A stretch of DNA of 64,000 nucleotides from an uncultured archaeon (GTDB lineage Archaea; Altiarchaeota; Altiarchaeia; JAFGQM01). The stretch is from contig CAZUDQ010000006.1 in assembly GCA_964619365.1 (NCBI GenBank), forward strand, positions 29,437 through 93,436. Reading direction: 5' to 3'. Positions 47,721 to 58,189 of this stretch are shown piece after piece; within the stretch, counting starts at the first letter, position 1; each line of letters begins with the position of its first letter. The notes under the pieces were generated by a model. The model was not told the DNA's origin. It was given only the letters and a program-made list of their open reading frames with translations, and did not search any database. Both the position numbers and the translations under genes were made by a program.

Positions 47721-47927
47721 TTATTTCTTCTCTAGAGCTTCTATTTCAGAAATGAGTTTTTTTAGGTCGCCGTCATTTAGCCCATGAGCCATAGCACCCT
47801 GTTCAAGAGATTCCATTGCCGCAAGCGGGCAGGAAATGCAATGAAAGCCCCATTTTGAAAGTACTGGCTCGGCTTCAGGATATACTGCAAGAATCTCGCT
47901 TATTGTCATTTGTGGAGTAATAGCCAT
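47721..47927 (-). CDS. DUF1858 domain protein
   Basis: ITPQMTI..YPE...GFHCISCP...ESLEQGAMAHG. Confidence 0.85.
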   Translation of the reverse strand: MAITPQMTISEILAVYPEAEPVLSKWGFHCISCPLAAMESLEQGAMAHGLNDGDLKKLISEIEALEKK

Positions 47928-47982
47928 TTTATTTCCTAATTCTTATAATTCTAGGGTTAAAAAGAAGGGACTAACAACGCAA

Positions 47983-49602
47983 ATGAGATCTGATAGACTA
48001 AAAAAGGGAGCGGATACTGCGCCACACCGGGCGCTGCTTAGGGCAAGCGGACTATGTGATGAGGACTTCAAAAAGCCCTTTATTGGGGTTGCAAATTCAT
48101 ATAACGATATAATACCCGGGCACATTCACCTAAACCGCCTTACTGCGGAAGTCAAGCGCGGGATAAAAGACGCAGGAGGAGTCCCTCTGGAATGGGGCGT
48201 TCCGGGAATCTGTGACGGGATTGCAATGCATGTTGAAATGCGCCTTTCCCTCCCTTCACGCGAACATATCGCTGATAATGTTGAACTCATGACGCTTTCA
48301 CACTCACTTGACGGCTGGGTCGGTGTCACCAATTGTGATAAGATAACACCCGGCATGCTCATGGCCGCAGGACGACTTGACATCCCCGCAATAATGATTA
48401 CGGGGGGAGCTATGATGCCGGGAACTGTCAACGGTAAAAAAACCGACTTAATCGGTGTCTTCGAAGAGGTTGGAAAAGTCCTTGCGGGAAAAGATCCTGA
48501 AGAAAGTCTCAAAGCCTTTGAATGCTCGGCATGTCCAGGAGCCGGAAGTTGTGCCGGACTTTTTACTGCAAACACAATGGCCTGCATGACTGAAGTTCTT
48601 GGTATGAGCCTTACTGGATGCGCAACATGTCCTGCGATATCAAAGAAGAAACTTCTGTATGCCTATGAAACTGGAAAAAGGATTGTAGAGCTTGTTAAAG
48701 AAGGAATAACCCCAAGAGGCATAATGACAGAGTCCGCATTCAAAAACGCTGTCATGGTCGACATGGCAATTGGCGGGAGCACAAACACGACACTTCACTT
48801 ACCTGCAATCGCTAAGGAATGTGGCATAAGCCTCCCATTAACTTACTTTGATGAAATCGCAAAAAAGACGCCTAACATCTGCCACTTGTCTCCAGCAGGA
48901 AATCATTTCATAGTTGATCTTGATAACGCTGGGGGAATACCTGCAGTCTTAAATCGCCTAAAGGATCGTTTAGAGGAAAGTCCTACTGTCAATGGTAGAG
49001 GGATAATCGAAATCGCTAAAGGTGGGAAAGTCTTTGACGCTGATGTAATCCGCCCGCTTGACAAACCGTATTATAAAGAAGGTGGGATTGCAGTTCTTAC
49101 AGGCAACCTTGCCGATGAATCAGTAATCAAACAAACTGCAGTCGAGCCAGAGGCGCTCCATCTCAAAGGTCCGGCAAAGGTCTTTGAACACGAGGACGAT
49201 ATCATTGATGCAGTCGAAAATGGCAATATCAAAGAAGGCGATATCCTAGTCCTAAGGTACATGGGTCCAGCAGGCGCGCCAGGTATGCCTGAGATGCTTA
49301 CGCCAACAGCGGTCATAATGGGTGCCGGCTTTAAGAAGGTAGGAATATTGACCGACGGAAGGTTCTCAGGAGGAACACGAGGTCCGTGCATCGGACACAT
49401 TGCCCCAGAAGCGTTTAAGGGGGGGGCACTTGCGGCAGTAAAAGACGGAGATATCATTGAAATCGACATACCAAAGCGCATACTTCGTGTCGAACTAAGC
49501 GACGTTGAAATTGCAGAAAGGCTAAAAACTGCAAAGGCTCCAAAACGCAACATAACACCAATGATGAAACGCTTCCGTGATTACGCTCTTTCTGAGATGT
49601 AA
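47983..49602 (+). CDS. ilvD: Dihydroxy-acid dehydratase
   Basis: PGHIHL, CDGIAM, CDKITPG, GSCAGLFTANTM, TDGRFSGGT. Confidence 0.96.
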   Translation: MRSDRLKKGADTAPHRALLRASGLCDEDFKKPFIGVANSYNDIIPGHIHLNRLTAEVKRGIKDAGGVPLEWGVPGICDGIAMHVEMRLSLPSREHIADNVELMTLSHSLDGWVGVTNCDKITPGMLMAAGRLDIPAIMITGGAMMPGTVNGKKTDLIGVFEEVGKVLAGKDPEESLKAFECSACPGAGSCAGLFTANTMACMTEVLGMSLTGCATCPAISKKKLLYAYETGKRIVELVKEGITPRGIMTESAFKNAVMVDMAIGGSTNTTLHLPAIAKECGISLPLTYFDEIAKKTPNICHLSPAGNHFIVDLDNAGGIPAVLNRLKDRLEESPTVNGRGIIEIAKGGKVFDADVIRPLDKPYYKEGGIAVLTGNLADESVIKQTAVEPEALHLKGPAKVFEHEDDIIDAVENGNIKEGDILVLRYMGPAGAPGMPEMLTPTAVIMGAGFKKVGILTDGRFSGGTRGPCIGHIAPEAFKGGALAAVKDGDIIEIDIPKRILRVELSDVEIAERLKTAKAPKRNITPMMKRFRDYALSEM

Positions 49603-49617
49603 TGTACTAAGCAATAT

Positions 49618-51177
49618 TCATTCGAAATTTATTACTTTTAGATTCCAGTTCTTAAGCTCTAAAATCGGCACTTGGCAAGGTGTTGGAATATGTCCCTGTT
49701 GTGCTTGGAAATCCGTCTGGGCCTGCCAAGTTCCAGAGTTTATTATCGTCACTCCACGGTAGTTTGAATAGCCATTCTTGTGGACGTGCCCGCAGTGCAT
49801 AATATCGGGAACATCTTCCATTACCATATAATCGCGCTCTTCGGGGGCTATCTGGTCTTTTGTACCATAAATTGGGGCGTAATGCCTTTTCTTTAAATAT
49901 TCTTTCTGGGCAATTTCAGGTTTATCATAAGAGAGTCCGGGGATAGTTGATATAAGGCCGTCCATTGATGTACCGTGATAAAGCTGAACATCAATGCCAT
50001 GAGCTTTTACGCGTCCTGGACTTCCGATAAGATGGAAATTAGGCAGGTCGCAAAGAGGACTAAGAAGATCTTTTAATGAGGGTTGAGGCTCAACTCTGCG
50101 CACCGCGTCGTGGTTTCCGGGAATCATGACAACTTCTATGTAAGACGGTATGTTTGTCAGGAGTTTTGCGAGATAATCATATTGTTTGTAAATATCTGGT
50201 ATTGAGAGTTCTTTTTCCTGAGACGGATATATCCCGATACCGTCAACGGCGTCCCCTGCAATAAAAAGATATTTTACCCCGCTTGCAAGCTCCCTGCTTT
50301 TTTCAGGACCCCCCATATTAAGCCACGAAATAAATTTTCTGAATTCACGGTCTTTAAAGAGGAAAGACCCGACATGTATATCCGAAATAAACGCTATTGA
50401 TATGTCATCTTCTACTACCTGACGCGGCTTTGTAACAGGGATATCCGGCTCTATTATCTCTTTTGCAAATATTATCATGCCGCGATTTCTCTGAAGCGTT
50501 CCAGTTATGCCGACAACTTCATCGTTTGTCAGCGTAAATCCTCCGGGAGGCTCCTCGCCTATAAAGACTGCCATCACGCTCCCAGTCATATCCTCAAGCT
50601 CAAGCATAAGCTTTCCGTTCTTTGAACGCCTCATCTCCCGAATCATACCAATTATCTTAACGTCAGTACGGGCAGTTGATTCCAAATCCCCTATTTGAAC
50701 AGTATCTTTTAGGTTGACGCGCTCTGAAAGAATCTTGCTTAGGCGCTTGTAACGGTCTGAAAAAAGCGATACGAAATTCTCAATTTTGCCTTCTGAAGTC
50801 GAGTTGCCAGTTATATCAAGAGAATCGTCAATTGTAAGCTCTGACTCTATTTTTGAGGCGCGGGCGTTACTCCCTTTTCTAACGACAAAATGAAACTCCT
50901 GGGCGGGTTTTGTATCATCTGTTGAAAACTCTTCGACAAATTCGCGTGAGATTATAAACATTTCACGTTTCTTGGCAGTCTTTGCTATTTGCTCTAACTC
51001 TACCTCGTTTTCAGCTATGGCATCTATTGCTTCACTTGACGCCAAAAGTCCCTGTTTTACAAAAAATAATGCAATCTCTTTTCGCCTGTCTTCTAAGATT
51101 GGCCCCTTTTGCGTGCTGATGCTAACTTCAGGCATATTTTCAGCTTCGCACTCGCAATTAAGTTCTCCCCCATCCAC
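49618..51177 (-). CDS. polB: DNA polymerase D small subunit (DP1)
   Basis: OB fold; SDIHVGS, GDAVDGIGIYP.Q, PGNHD, YHG, GHVH, NSGTWQ. Confidence 0.95.
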   Translation of the reverse strand: MDGGELNCECEAENMPEVSISTQKGPILEDRRKEIALFFVKQGLLASSEAIDAIAENEVELEQIAKTAKKREMFIISREFVEEFSTDDTKPAQEFHFVVRKGSNARASKIESELTIDDSLDITGNSTSEGKIENFVSLFSDRYKRLSKILSERVNLKDTVQIGDLESTARTDVKIIGMIREMRRSKNGKLMLELEDMTGSVMAVFIGEEPPGGFTLTNDEVVGITGTLQRNRGMIIFAKEIIEPDIPVTKPRQVVEDDISIAFISDIHVGSFLFKDREFRKFISWLNMGGPEKSRELASGVKYLFIAGDAVDGIGIYPSQEKELSIPDIYKQYDYLAKLLTNIPSYIEVVMIPGNHDAVRRVEPQPSLKDLLSPLCDLPNFHLIGSPGRVKAHGIDVQLYHGTSMDGLISTIPGLSYDKPEIAQKEYLKKRHYAPIYGTKDQIAPEERDYMVMEDVPDIMHCGHVHKNGYSNYRGVTIINSGTWQAQTDFQAQQGHIPTPCQVPILELKNWNLKVINFE

Positions 51178-51271
51178 AGTTTTTCATTTTGAAGGATAAT
51201 GCTATTAAATCGGGCCTGGGGAGAGCCTAAATTTATAGGCATTTAAATATTTTTACTTTTGTAAATAGTCT

Positions 51272-51586
51272 ATGGTAATAGCTTCGACATATATGTCACC
51301 GCTTGTCGCACTTTTGATAACAGCTTTTGGAGCATATCTTTTTAGCATTGCAAAAAAATACAAAGAGACTCCTGCTTGGATGTATGCTTACACGTTTGTA
51401 GGTATAATCGCAGTTCTTTGGGGACTTACAATGCTCTTTGCACCCTATGAGGCTGGTTTATCTGGAGTCGCTGCCGCATTTGGCATCTGCGCTTTCGGCA
51501 CATATTATTCTAAAGGTAACGTTCAGGCAGTTCTTGGTGCAGCAAGCTTCCTGATATTCCTTATTATGATTAGTCCTGCACTATAA
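51272..51586 (+). CDS. Small 4-TM protein, paralog array member 1
   Basis: 104 aa, hydrophobic; YYSKGNVQ before the last helix. Confidence 0.7.
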   Translation: MVIASTYMSPLVALLITAFGAYLFSIAKKYKETPAWMYAYTFVGIIAVLWGLTMLFAPYEAGLSGVAAAFGICAFGTYYSKGNVQAVLGAASFLIFLIMISPAL

Positions 51587-51676
51587 AATTGAGCAGGGCG
51601 CATTATTCTACATCTTTACTTAGTATTAGGTCTGTTTTTCAAAACTAAATCTTTTTATATAAGTAACCACTAAATA

Positions 51677-51988
51677 GTGGTAACAAGTAAGAACCACTAT
51701 AAGATGATGCCTGGAGCCGAAGTAGGACTTGTCATTGGAATGTGTCTTTTTTTTTGGGGGGCCATTACAAAGGAGCAGGATAAGCAGCTTGCGCTTTGTT
51801 TTGCCGGTCTTGGCTTATCACTTTTCTCACTTTGGGGAGTTGCCGCTGTTGCTGCAGCCCCCCCCGAAATGCTTCCAGCTTTAACGCTCCTTTTTGGAGT
51901 GAGCAGCTTTTACACTAAAGGAAACACGCAGATGATGTGCATACTCATGGTATTTATCATGATATGGCCAGTTATGCTTTATGTCTAA
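51677..51988 (+). CDS. Small 4-TM protein, paralog array member 2
   Basis: FYTKGNTQ before the last helix; start uncertain. Confidence 0.65.
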   Translation: MVTSKNHYKMMPGAEVGLVIGMCLFFWGAITKEQDKQLALCFAGLGLSLFSLWGVAAVAAAPPEMLPALTLLFGVSSFYTKGNTQMMCILMVFIMIWPVMLYV

Positions 51989-51990
51989 AA

Positions 51991-52305
51991 ATGGAACCTA
52001 TGCTTATATTGCTCGGGCTTTTCCTCGTTGCTGCCATATGGCGCAATAAAGAGCTCTCGGACGACCCTGAAGGGAAAAACACAGGAGTATTTACATTCTT
52101 TGTTATCATGTCAATCTTGCTAATCTGCAGGGGTGCCGGATTCGTCCTGCCTCTTGCAAATACTAATAACACGGGGCTTTTCCCACTTGTTCCCGCGTTA
52201 GTGGTTTTTGCGGCAATACGCTCTACGGCAAATGGGCCTGTAAAGATGTATGCTACAATTGGCGGATTGTCAGTGCTTTGTTTTATGATACTTAACTTTG
52301 TTTAA
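51991..52305 (+). CDS. Small 4-TM protein, paralog array member 3
   Basis: MEPML...WRNK...LICRG...TANGPVK...MILNFV. Confidence 0.75.
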   Translation: MEPMLILLGLFLVAAIWRNKELSDDPEGKNTGVFTFFVIMSILLICRGAGFVLPLANTNNTGLFPLVPALVVFAAIRSTANGPVKMYATIGGLSVLCFMILNFV

Positions 52306-52312
52306 GCTGTAA

Positions 52313-52627
52313 ATGGAACCTATGCTTGTAATCTTGGGAATTTTTCTTGTTGCAGCATTATGGCGCAATAAGGATCTTGCCGATGCTACAAGTGGTAACA
52401 ATAAAGAAATCTTTACATTCCTTGTAATACTATCAATCATACTTATCTGCAGAGGTACAGGGTTCATCTTGTCTCTTGCAAAGACAAACAAGTCTGGGCT
52501 TGGAATACTCGTACCTATATCACTAGTTTTTGCTGCAATAGGGGCAACTGCTAATGGTCCTGTAAAGACTTATGCAACAATAGCGGGGGTATCCTTACTT
52601 TCTTTTATGATACTTAACTTTGTTTAA
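52313..52627 (+). CDS. Small 4-TM protein, paralog array member 4
   Basis: Colinear close paralog of 51991-52305. Confidence 0.75.
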   Translation: MEPMLVILGIFLVAALWRNKDLADATSGNNKEIFTFLVILSIILICRGTGFILSLAKTNKSGLGILVPISLVFAAIGATANGPVKTYATIAGVSLLSFMILNFV

Positions 52628-52652
52628 GTATCTCGAGAATATTATTTTTGAG

Positions 52653-52755
52653 GAAGTAAGAAAATCTTACTTTATTCCGAAATACCCGATGAGTATGGTC
52701 GGGTTACTTTGTAACCCAACGTAATAGAAATTTAAAGGTAAGATTTTCTTACTTA
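52653..52755. repeat. Third copy of the 82-bp element flanked by two 21-bp palindromes
   Basis: Near-identical to 20747-20849; right palindrome has a TTT instead of AAA loop. Confidence 0.9.
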
Positions 52756-52763
52756 GCTTATTT

Positions 52764-55700
52764 TTAGATTTTTTCGGTCTTCATGCCTGTTTTTCTTCTG
52801 AATGCGAAGACAACAATTAATACTGCGGCAATTATGGCTGTTACAAGAAGCAATACTGACCTTGTGGCCGACCCAGTAATCCAATCAACAAAGTCGCGGG
52901 CGGCGTCTGCAACAGACCCAAGCACACCTGCGCTGTCTGAGTCTTGTGTGCTAGCTCCCTTATTATCAACCTGTAAAAGAACATAATTCCCAGCGTATCC
53001 AGTTTTGTCAGCCATTACAGCCCACTTGCCCTTCTCATAGAGCCTAAATCCTTCCTCATATTGGACTATACGCCCGCCTGGGGCAATAAACTGGATTGTG
53101 GCACCCTCAATAATGTTTCCATACTCATCATACACAGTAACATTTACATCCTCACCCACAAAGTCGGCTCCATCGACAACAATCTCAAGCTCGCTGTCTG
53201 TTGCGTCGATGTCACAGGTATCAACCATCTGGTCACTTCCCTTGCAGTCTCCATTGTCACATGAACACTTGCACATCCGAGTCTTAAGGCCGCCCTTGCA
53301 CTTACTCCACTTTGAGCATTTCCAATCGGCGTCACAGCCCGTCTTTCCTTTACTGCAAGTCTCATCATAAGTAAATTTACAGTTTCCTTCAACACAGCTC
53401 GGAATAAAGCACTCTTCTGCAGGACAATCGCTTGCTACTTTGCAGTCACAAACAAAGTCTCCCGGGACGCACGCCCCGCCCGAACACTTATCACCTTCTG
53501 TGCAGACATCACCGTCATCACAAGCATTTTGTGTCAGGACCTCAGTACACACGCCAAGCTCGCAGACAAGGTCAATACACGGGTCACTTGATTCTCCGCA
53601 GGTGTTTCCCGAGAATAGCTCAATGACACATTCTCCATCGACACACGCAACGCTTGTACATGGGTTGCCGTCATCTTCACAGGTCACACCCTCGCAAGCA
53701 TCACATTCCTGCTCGGTTTCATGCTCACCAGTACACTGGGATTCCTTTGAACACGCGCATGAACACTCACGCGTCTGTAAACCTCCAGTACACACGCCCC
53801 ACTCCTCACAAGACCAAGCTTTAGAGCAAGTGGGTGCGGGACATGATATTGATACACTTGCTTCTGCGTTTTTTGTTATAGCATTAGGCGTGTCTGAGAT
53901 CACATTGACGCTTCTTGTTACGCCTGTTTCTGGACAAGAGACACCTTGGGCCCAATTGGATGTACCATAAGAATGTGCGGCAATAGTCTTATGGGAACTG
54001 CTGGTCCATGAGGGGTTTATGAGTACCTCAATGTCCAAGTTCCCATGGTTTGATATGTTTAAGACCCAATTCACGACGCCACTTTCTAGTACACTGCTTG
54101 GAACTGCCCTAAATTCTATTGTAAAGTTTGGGGGTGAATAACCCGGGCACTGTGTGTCATTGCTTAAGTTCTGCCAGATAAGGGTGGGGTTACCTGCATT
54201 ATCACAAAAACTGTCCCATGGCGGAAAACTCCATGTAGAAATTGGCAAATTTGTGATTGTATAAAAATAATATGCGTTTGTTTCTGCACTGCAGTTTTCG
54301 TTTCCACTATCATAACAGAAACTCGCATTGTCTCCAGTATGATTTAACCAGTAAGAGTCATTGATTGTTGAGGATGAAAGTAATCTTCCCACAAGGCCCC
54401 CTGTGGCGCTGTTTCCAGTGACGCTTCCTGTTGCGTAAGAATTTAAGATTGTTGACCAGTCTATTACGTACCCTGCTAGGCCTCCTGTGTCCTGGTTTCC
54501 ATTGACATTTCCCAGGGAATATGAATCCGAGAGTGTTGAGCCATCATATAAAGCTCCAATCAGGCCACCTGTCCGGTCATTTCCTGTGACATTTTTTGTG
54601 GAGTATGAGTTCGAGAGTGTTGACTGGTGCATACGTCCACTGAGGCCGCCTGTGTATTCTTCTCCTGTGACGTTTCCTAAAGTATATGAAGTTAGGACTG
54701 AACTCCTGTACACATCTCCCGTGAGGCCACCTGTGTATTCTTCTCCCGTGACTGTTCCTGATGTATATGAATTTAAGATTGTTGAATCTCCTAAAGACCC
54801 TGCGATGCCTCCTGTGCTCCTATTACCATTAACTTCTCCTGTTACAGAGGAATTTGATATTATGCTATTGCCATAGGCAATCCCTATTATGCCGCCTGTG
54901 TCTTGATATCCTGTAGTGTTTCCTGTTATAGAAGAGTTTGATACTACTGAATTTGTAAATAAATATCCTACAAAGCCGCCTGTATAACTACTTCCGGTGA
55001 TGCTCCCCGTTACAGATGAGTTCGAGATTGTTGAATAGTAATCTAATTTTCCTGTAATACCGCCTGTGTAAACGGTTCCGGTGACAGTTCCCGTTACAGA
55101 TGAGTTCGAGATTGTTGAATTGTAATCTGTTTCTCCTGTGAGGCCGCCTATATAACTGTTTCCGATGACAGTCCCTGTTACAGATGAGTTTGAGATTGTT
55201 GACCGGTTTAATCTTCCTGTAAAGCCCCCTACACGGTCGTCTCCTGTGACATTAACCTGCAGGTCTAGATTAGAGACGCTACTGTTATCGAGATATCCAA
55301 AAAGTCCTATGAAATTCCCGGACGGACGATTTATAAAAAGACTGGTTATCGTGTAATTTGCTCCGTTAAAGTTTCCTGTGAAAGGTTCTGATTCGTTGCC
55401 TATGGGGTTCCATCCAAGGCCTGTTATGTAACTCGCATCACAAAGCGAGAAATTTATGTCGTTATCCAGTTCATAGTCCCATGAAGCTTGTGTTCTTGTT
55501 AGATTCAGGTCGTCGCATGAACATATTGGATGTGGACTTATGCTGTCGTTCCAACAGTCCGTTACCGAGTCGCCCATCAAGCCTGAAACGGGTTCTGTGT
55601 CATTGCCAGTTTCGTTTTCGGTTTCGTTTCCAGTCTCGGTTACGGCGTAAGTTCCTGTTTCGTTTTCGGTTTCATCTCCAGTCTCGTTTGATTCTGGAGA

Positions 55701-55868
55701 AGTGACAAAATACTCGAATAACTCATCATCACCTATTGCAAGGCCTTGGGGTGACTCTGATACTTTAACGGTATCTTCAGGGAGGATTATGTCTGGGAGG
55801 CTAAAGAACAATGCAAAAGCTATAATAAGTACGGCTGCTATTAACACTATTGCGATTTTGTGGACCAT
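52764..55868 (-). CDS. Large surface protein with GLUG repeats and Cys-rich repeats
   Basis: N-terminal TM; many GG[LI].G GLUG repeats; CDDG..CT and W.C..W..C..G..TR.C repeats; C-terminal TM. Confidence 0.85.
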   Translation of the reverse strand: MVHKIAIVLIAAVLIIAFALFFSLPDIILPEDTVKVSESPQGLAIGDDELFEYFVTSPESNETGDETENETGTYAVTETGNETENETGNDTEPVSGLMGDSVTDCWNDSISPHPICSCDDLNLTRTQASWDYELDNDINFSLCDASYITGLGWNPIGNESEPFTGNFNGANYTITSLFINRPSGNFIGLFGYLDNSSVSNLDLQVNVTGDDRVGGFTGRLNRSTISNSSVTGTVIGNSYIGGLTGETDYNSTISNSSVTGTVTGTVYTGGITGKLDYYSTISNSSVTGSITGSSYTGGFVGYLFTNSVVSNSSITGNTTGYQDTGGIIGIAYGNSIISNSSVTGEVNGNRSTGGIAGSLGDSTILNSYTSGTVTGEEYTGGLTGDVYRSSVLTSYTLGNVTGEEYTGGLSGRMHQSTLSNSYSTKNVTGNDRTGGLIGALYDGSTLSDSYSLGNVNGNQDTGGLAGYVIDWSTILNSYATGSVTGNSATGGLVGRLLSSSTINDSYWLNHTGDNASFCYDSGNENCSAETNAYYFYTITNLPISTWSFPPWDSFCDNAGNPTLIWQNLSNDTQCPGYSPPNFTIEFRAVPSSVLESGVVNWVLNISNHGNLDIEVLINPSWTSSSHKTIAAHSYGTSNWAQGVSCPETGVTRSVNVISDTPNAITKNAEASVSISCPAPTCSKAWSCEEWGVCTGGLQTRECSCACSKESQCTGEHETEQECDACEGVTCEDDGNPCTSVACVDGECVIELFSGNTCGESSDPCIDLVCELGVCTEVLTQNACDDGDVCTEGDKCSGGACVPGDFVCDCKVASDCPAEECFIPSCVEGNCKFTYDETCSKGKTGCDADWKCSKWSKCKGGLKTRMCKCSCDNGDCKGSDQMVDTCDIDATDSELEIVVDGADFVGEDVNVTVYDEYGNIIEGATIQFIAPGGRIVQYEEGFRLYEKGKWAVMADKTGYAGNYVLLQVDNKGASTQDSDSAGVLGSVADAARDFVDWITGSATRSVLLLVTAIIAAVLIVVFAFRRKTGMKTEKI

Positions 55869-56049
55869 CTGCTTTTGGGATTGTATGTTAAATGGTATAC
55901 TAGGTATACTTGTTATTATTACTGAAGGCTTAAAAACTTTGTTTGTTTGAATGAAAAATCACCTTAAACGCAAACATAAACAAGGCTTATGTGGGGAAAA
56001 TAGAGCTTTATTTTCCTTTATATCACCCGAGCTTCCAAAATATCCCAAA

Positions 56050-56907
56050 ATGTCTAATCTTGTTGTTATTGGTGGGGTGACACTTGATTCAACTTGCTCA
56101 GTAAGGGACGCTAAAGCAGACTTTACCCTAGCCGATTCCCTTTGTGAAAGCTTAGGGGGAATGGCATATAACACTGCCATTGCAAGTTCACAACTGGGCA
56201 CGCGGACAAAACTCCTTGCGTCTGCAGGTCCCGATTTACCTCCAATCAAAAACCGGCGAAACCTCGTCTATGACTTCTGTGAAAGTGCTACGCCGACGTC
56301 CCACTGTTTCATGTTCCATGACGGCGAAAAGGAGCGCATATGTTTTTATCCTGGCTCGTATAATGAGATTGATGAGAATCGGGCTAAGCGCGCAATAGAA
56401 CAGGCTGATTGGGTTCATTTTGCAGGAGTATGTCCGGTTTTTGAGGAACTTGTGAACTTTTCTGATACCGAAAGCAAGATAATAAGCGCATGCCCCGGCT
56501 ATGATATCCATCACAACGACCCAAAAAGCTCAATCTTACGGGAACTTGTTCAAAAAAGCGATTATCTCATACTTAACACCGATGAAGCAAAACATCTGGG
56601 ATTGCCCCTTGATTCCATTGTAAATGCGGGCGTTATTGTAACAATGGGTAAAAACGGCTCAGTCCTTGTTGAAAAAGAAGGGCGAACACAAGTAAAGGCT
56701 TATGAAGTTGAAGTAAAAAGCCCTTTTGGGGCAGGGGACGTTTTTGTAGGTACCTTTATTGCTGCAATGGCTAGTGATGAGGCAAAAAATGACGCTACTA
56801 TCGCAACAAAACTCGCAAGCGCCGCAGCTTCTTTTGCAGTAGAACAAGAAACAACAATCCCAGAACTCAACTGGGATGAAATCAAAAAGCGGGCAAAAAA
56901 ACTTTAA
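56050..56907 (+). CDS. PfkB-family carbohydrate/nucleoside kinase
   Basis: GGMAYNTA, NTDE, VTMGKNG, GAGD. Confidence 0.88.
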   Translation: MSNLVVIGGVTLDSTCSVRDAKADFTLADSLCESLGGMAYNTAIASSQLGTRTKLLASAGPDLPPIKNRRNLVYDFCESATPTSHCFMFHDGEKERICFYPGSYNEIDENRAKRAIEQADWVHFAGVCPVFEELVNFSDTESKIISACPGYDIHHNDPKSSILRELVQKSDYLILNTDEAKHLGLPLDSIVNAGVIVTMGKNGSVLVEKEGRTQVKAYEVEVKSPFGAGDVFVGTFIAAMASDEAKNDATIATKLASAAASFAVEQETTIPELNWDEIKKRAKKL

Positions 56908-56932
56908 TCAGTTCCTTTTCTTACGCTAGTGA

Positions 56933-58189
56933 TTACTTGCCTTCAAGTATTTCTTTGGCACGACCCATGCGCACATTGCCTTCTTTTATTAGCTGGTTTG
57001 CGACGCGCTCGATATCTTCACCTTCGGCTCCCGCCATAACAACTATATTTCTTGCATGAAGGGCCATGTGTCCCTTTTGGATGCCTTCATCTGAAAGCGC
57101 GCGCACAGCAGCAAAGTTCTGTGCAAGGCCGACTGCGGCAAATACTCCTGCCATCTCGCGGGCGTTCTCACAGCCCAGAATCTTCTGGCATATCTGGAAC
57201 TCTGGGTGAACCTTGGTCGCACCACCAATTGTTGCAACGGCCATTGGGAGTTCTATTTCCCCGACTATGTTGCCCTTCTCGTCCTTATAGTAACGCGTAA
57301 GGGGTTTGTAATGGTCCATTGCGGCATAAACATGCGCTCCAGCCTCAATTGCCCTGTGATCCTGTCCTGTTGCAAGGGCGACTGCCGCAATTCCGTTCAT
57401 TATCCCCTTATTGTGTGTTGATGCGCGGAATATGTCGTTTTCTGCAAAAGCATAAGCTTTAAGGATATTATCAACAACCTCGCCCCCGCCAATAAGCTCC
57501 TTTGGGAAGATTACCTTTGCCTTTGCGATTCGGTATATTGCAAGATTTGATATTATCTTAAGTAGTGTGCGCCCACCTGATATCTCTTCAAGGAGCGAAG
57601 ATATGGCTTCGGCCATTGTATTAACGGCATTTGCGCCCATCGCGTCCCTGACATCAACCATTAGATGTACACGAAGCATTTTACCTTCGCTTGTATCAAG
57701 GACTTTTACTGTGATATCACGAGGACCACCGCCAAACTTTACAAGTATTGAGTCCTGTGCTTTTGCAAGTTCAAGAAGTTCGTCTTTCCTTGCAACTATG
57801 CGTTCTGCTGCTTCTTCTGGGTCTGGAACATCAACAATCTGAATCTGACCTATCATGATGGGGTCTGTAGTCTCGGCACTAAATCCTCCGGCTTCTCTTG
57901 CCATTCTTGCCGCGTTTGACGCTGCCGCAACAACAGAAGATTCTTCAGTTGCCATTGGAATAAGATAATCTTTCCCGTTTATCTGAAAGTTTGTTGCAAT
58001 GCCAAGCGGAATCATGATGCTTCCTATGACATTTTCAATCATTATATCGACTTTTGATTGCTCAAGGGCACCGCAATCACCAATCATTTTTGCTTCCTCG
58101 TCACTTAAGCCTGCAAAGTTCTTGACGAGTTTTAGCCTCTCTTCTGGCGGGAGTTTATGGAATCCCGATATCCTAGACGTCTTTTCCAT
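56933..58189 (-). CDS. mvaA: HMG-CoA reductase, class II
   Basis: ENVIG, PMATEESSVVAAAS, DAMGAN, THNKGIMNG, GIQKGHM.LH. Confidence 0.93.
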   Translation of the reverse strand: MEKTSRISGFHKLPPEERLKLVKNFAGLSDEEAKMIGDCGALEQSKVDIMIENVIGSIMIPLGIATNFQINGKDYLIPMATEESSVVAAASNAARMAREAGGFSAETTDPIMIGQIQIVDVPDPEEAAERIVARKDELLELAKAQDSILVKFGGGPRDITVKVLDTSEGKMLRVHLMVDVRDAMGANAVNTMAEAISSLLEEISGGRTLLKIISNLAIYRIAKAKVIFPKELIGGGEVVDNILKAYAFAENDIFRASTHNKGIMNGIAAVALATGQDHRAIEAGAHVYAAMDHYKPLTRYYKDEKGNIVGEIELPMAVATIGGATKVHPEFQICQKILGCENAREMAGVFAAVGLAQNFAAVRALSDEGIQKGHMALHARNIVVMAGAEGEDIERVANQLIKEGNVRMGRAKEILEGK

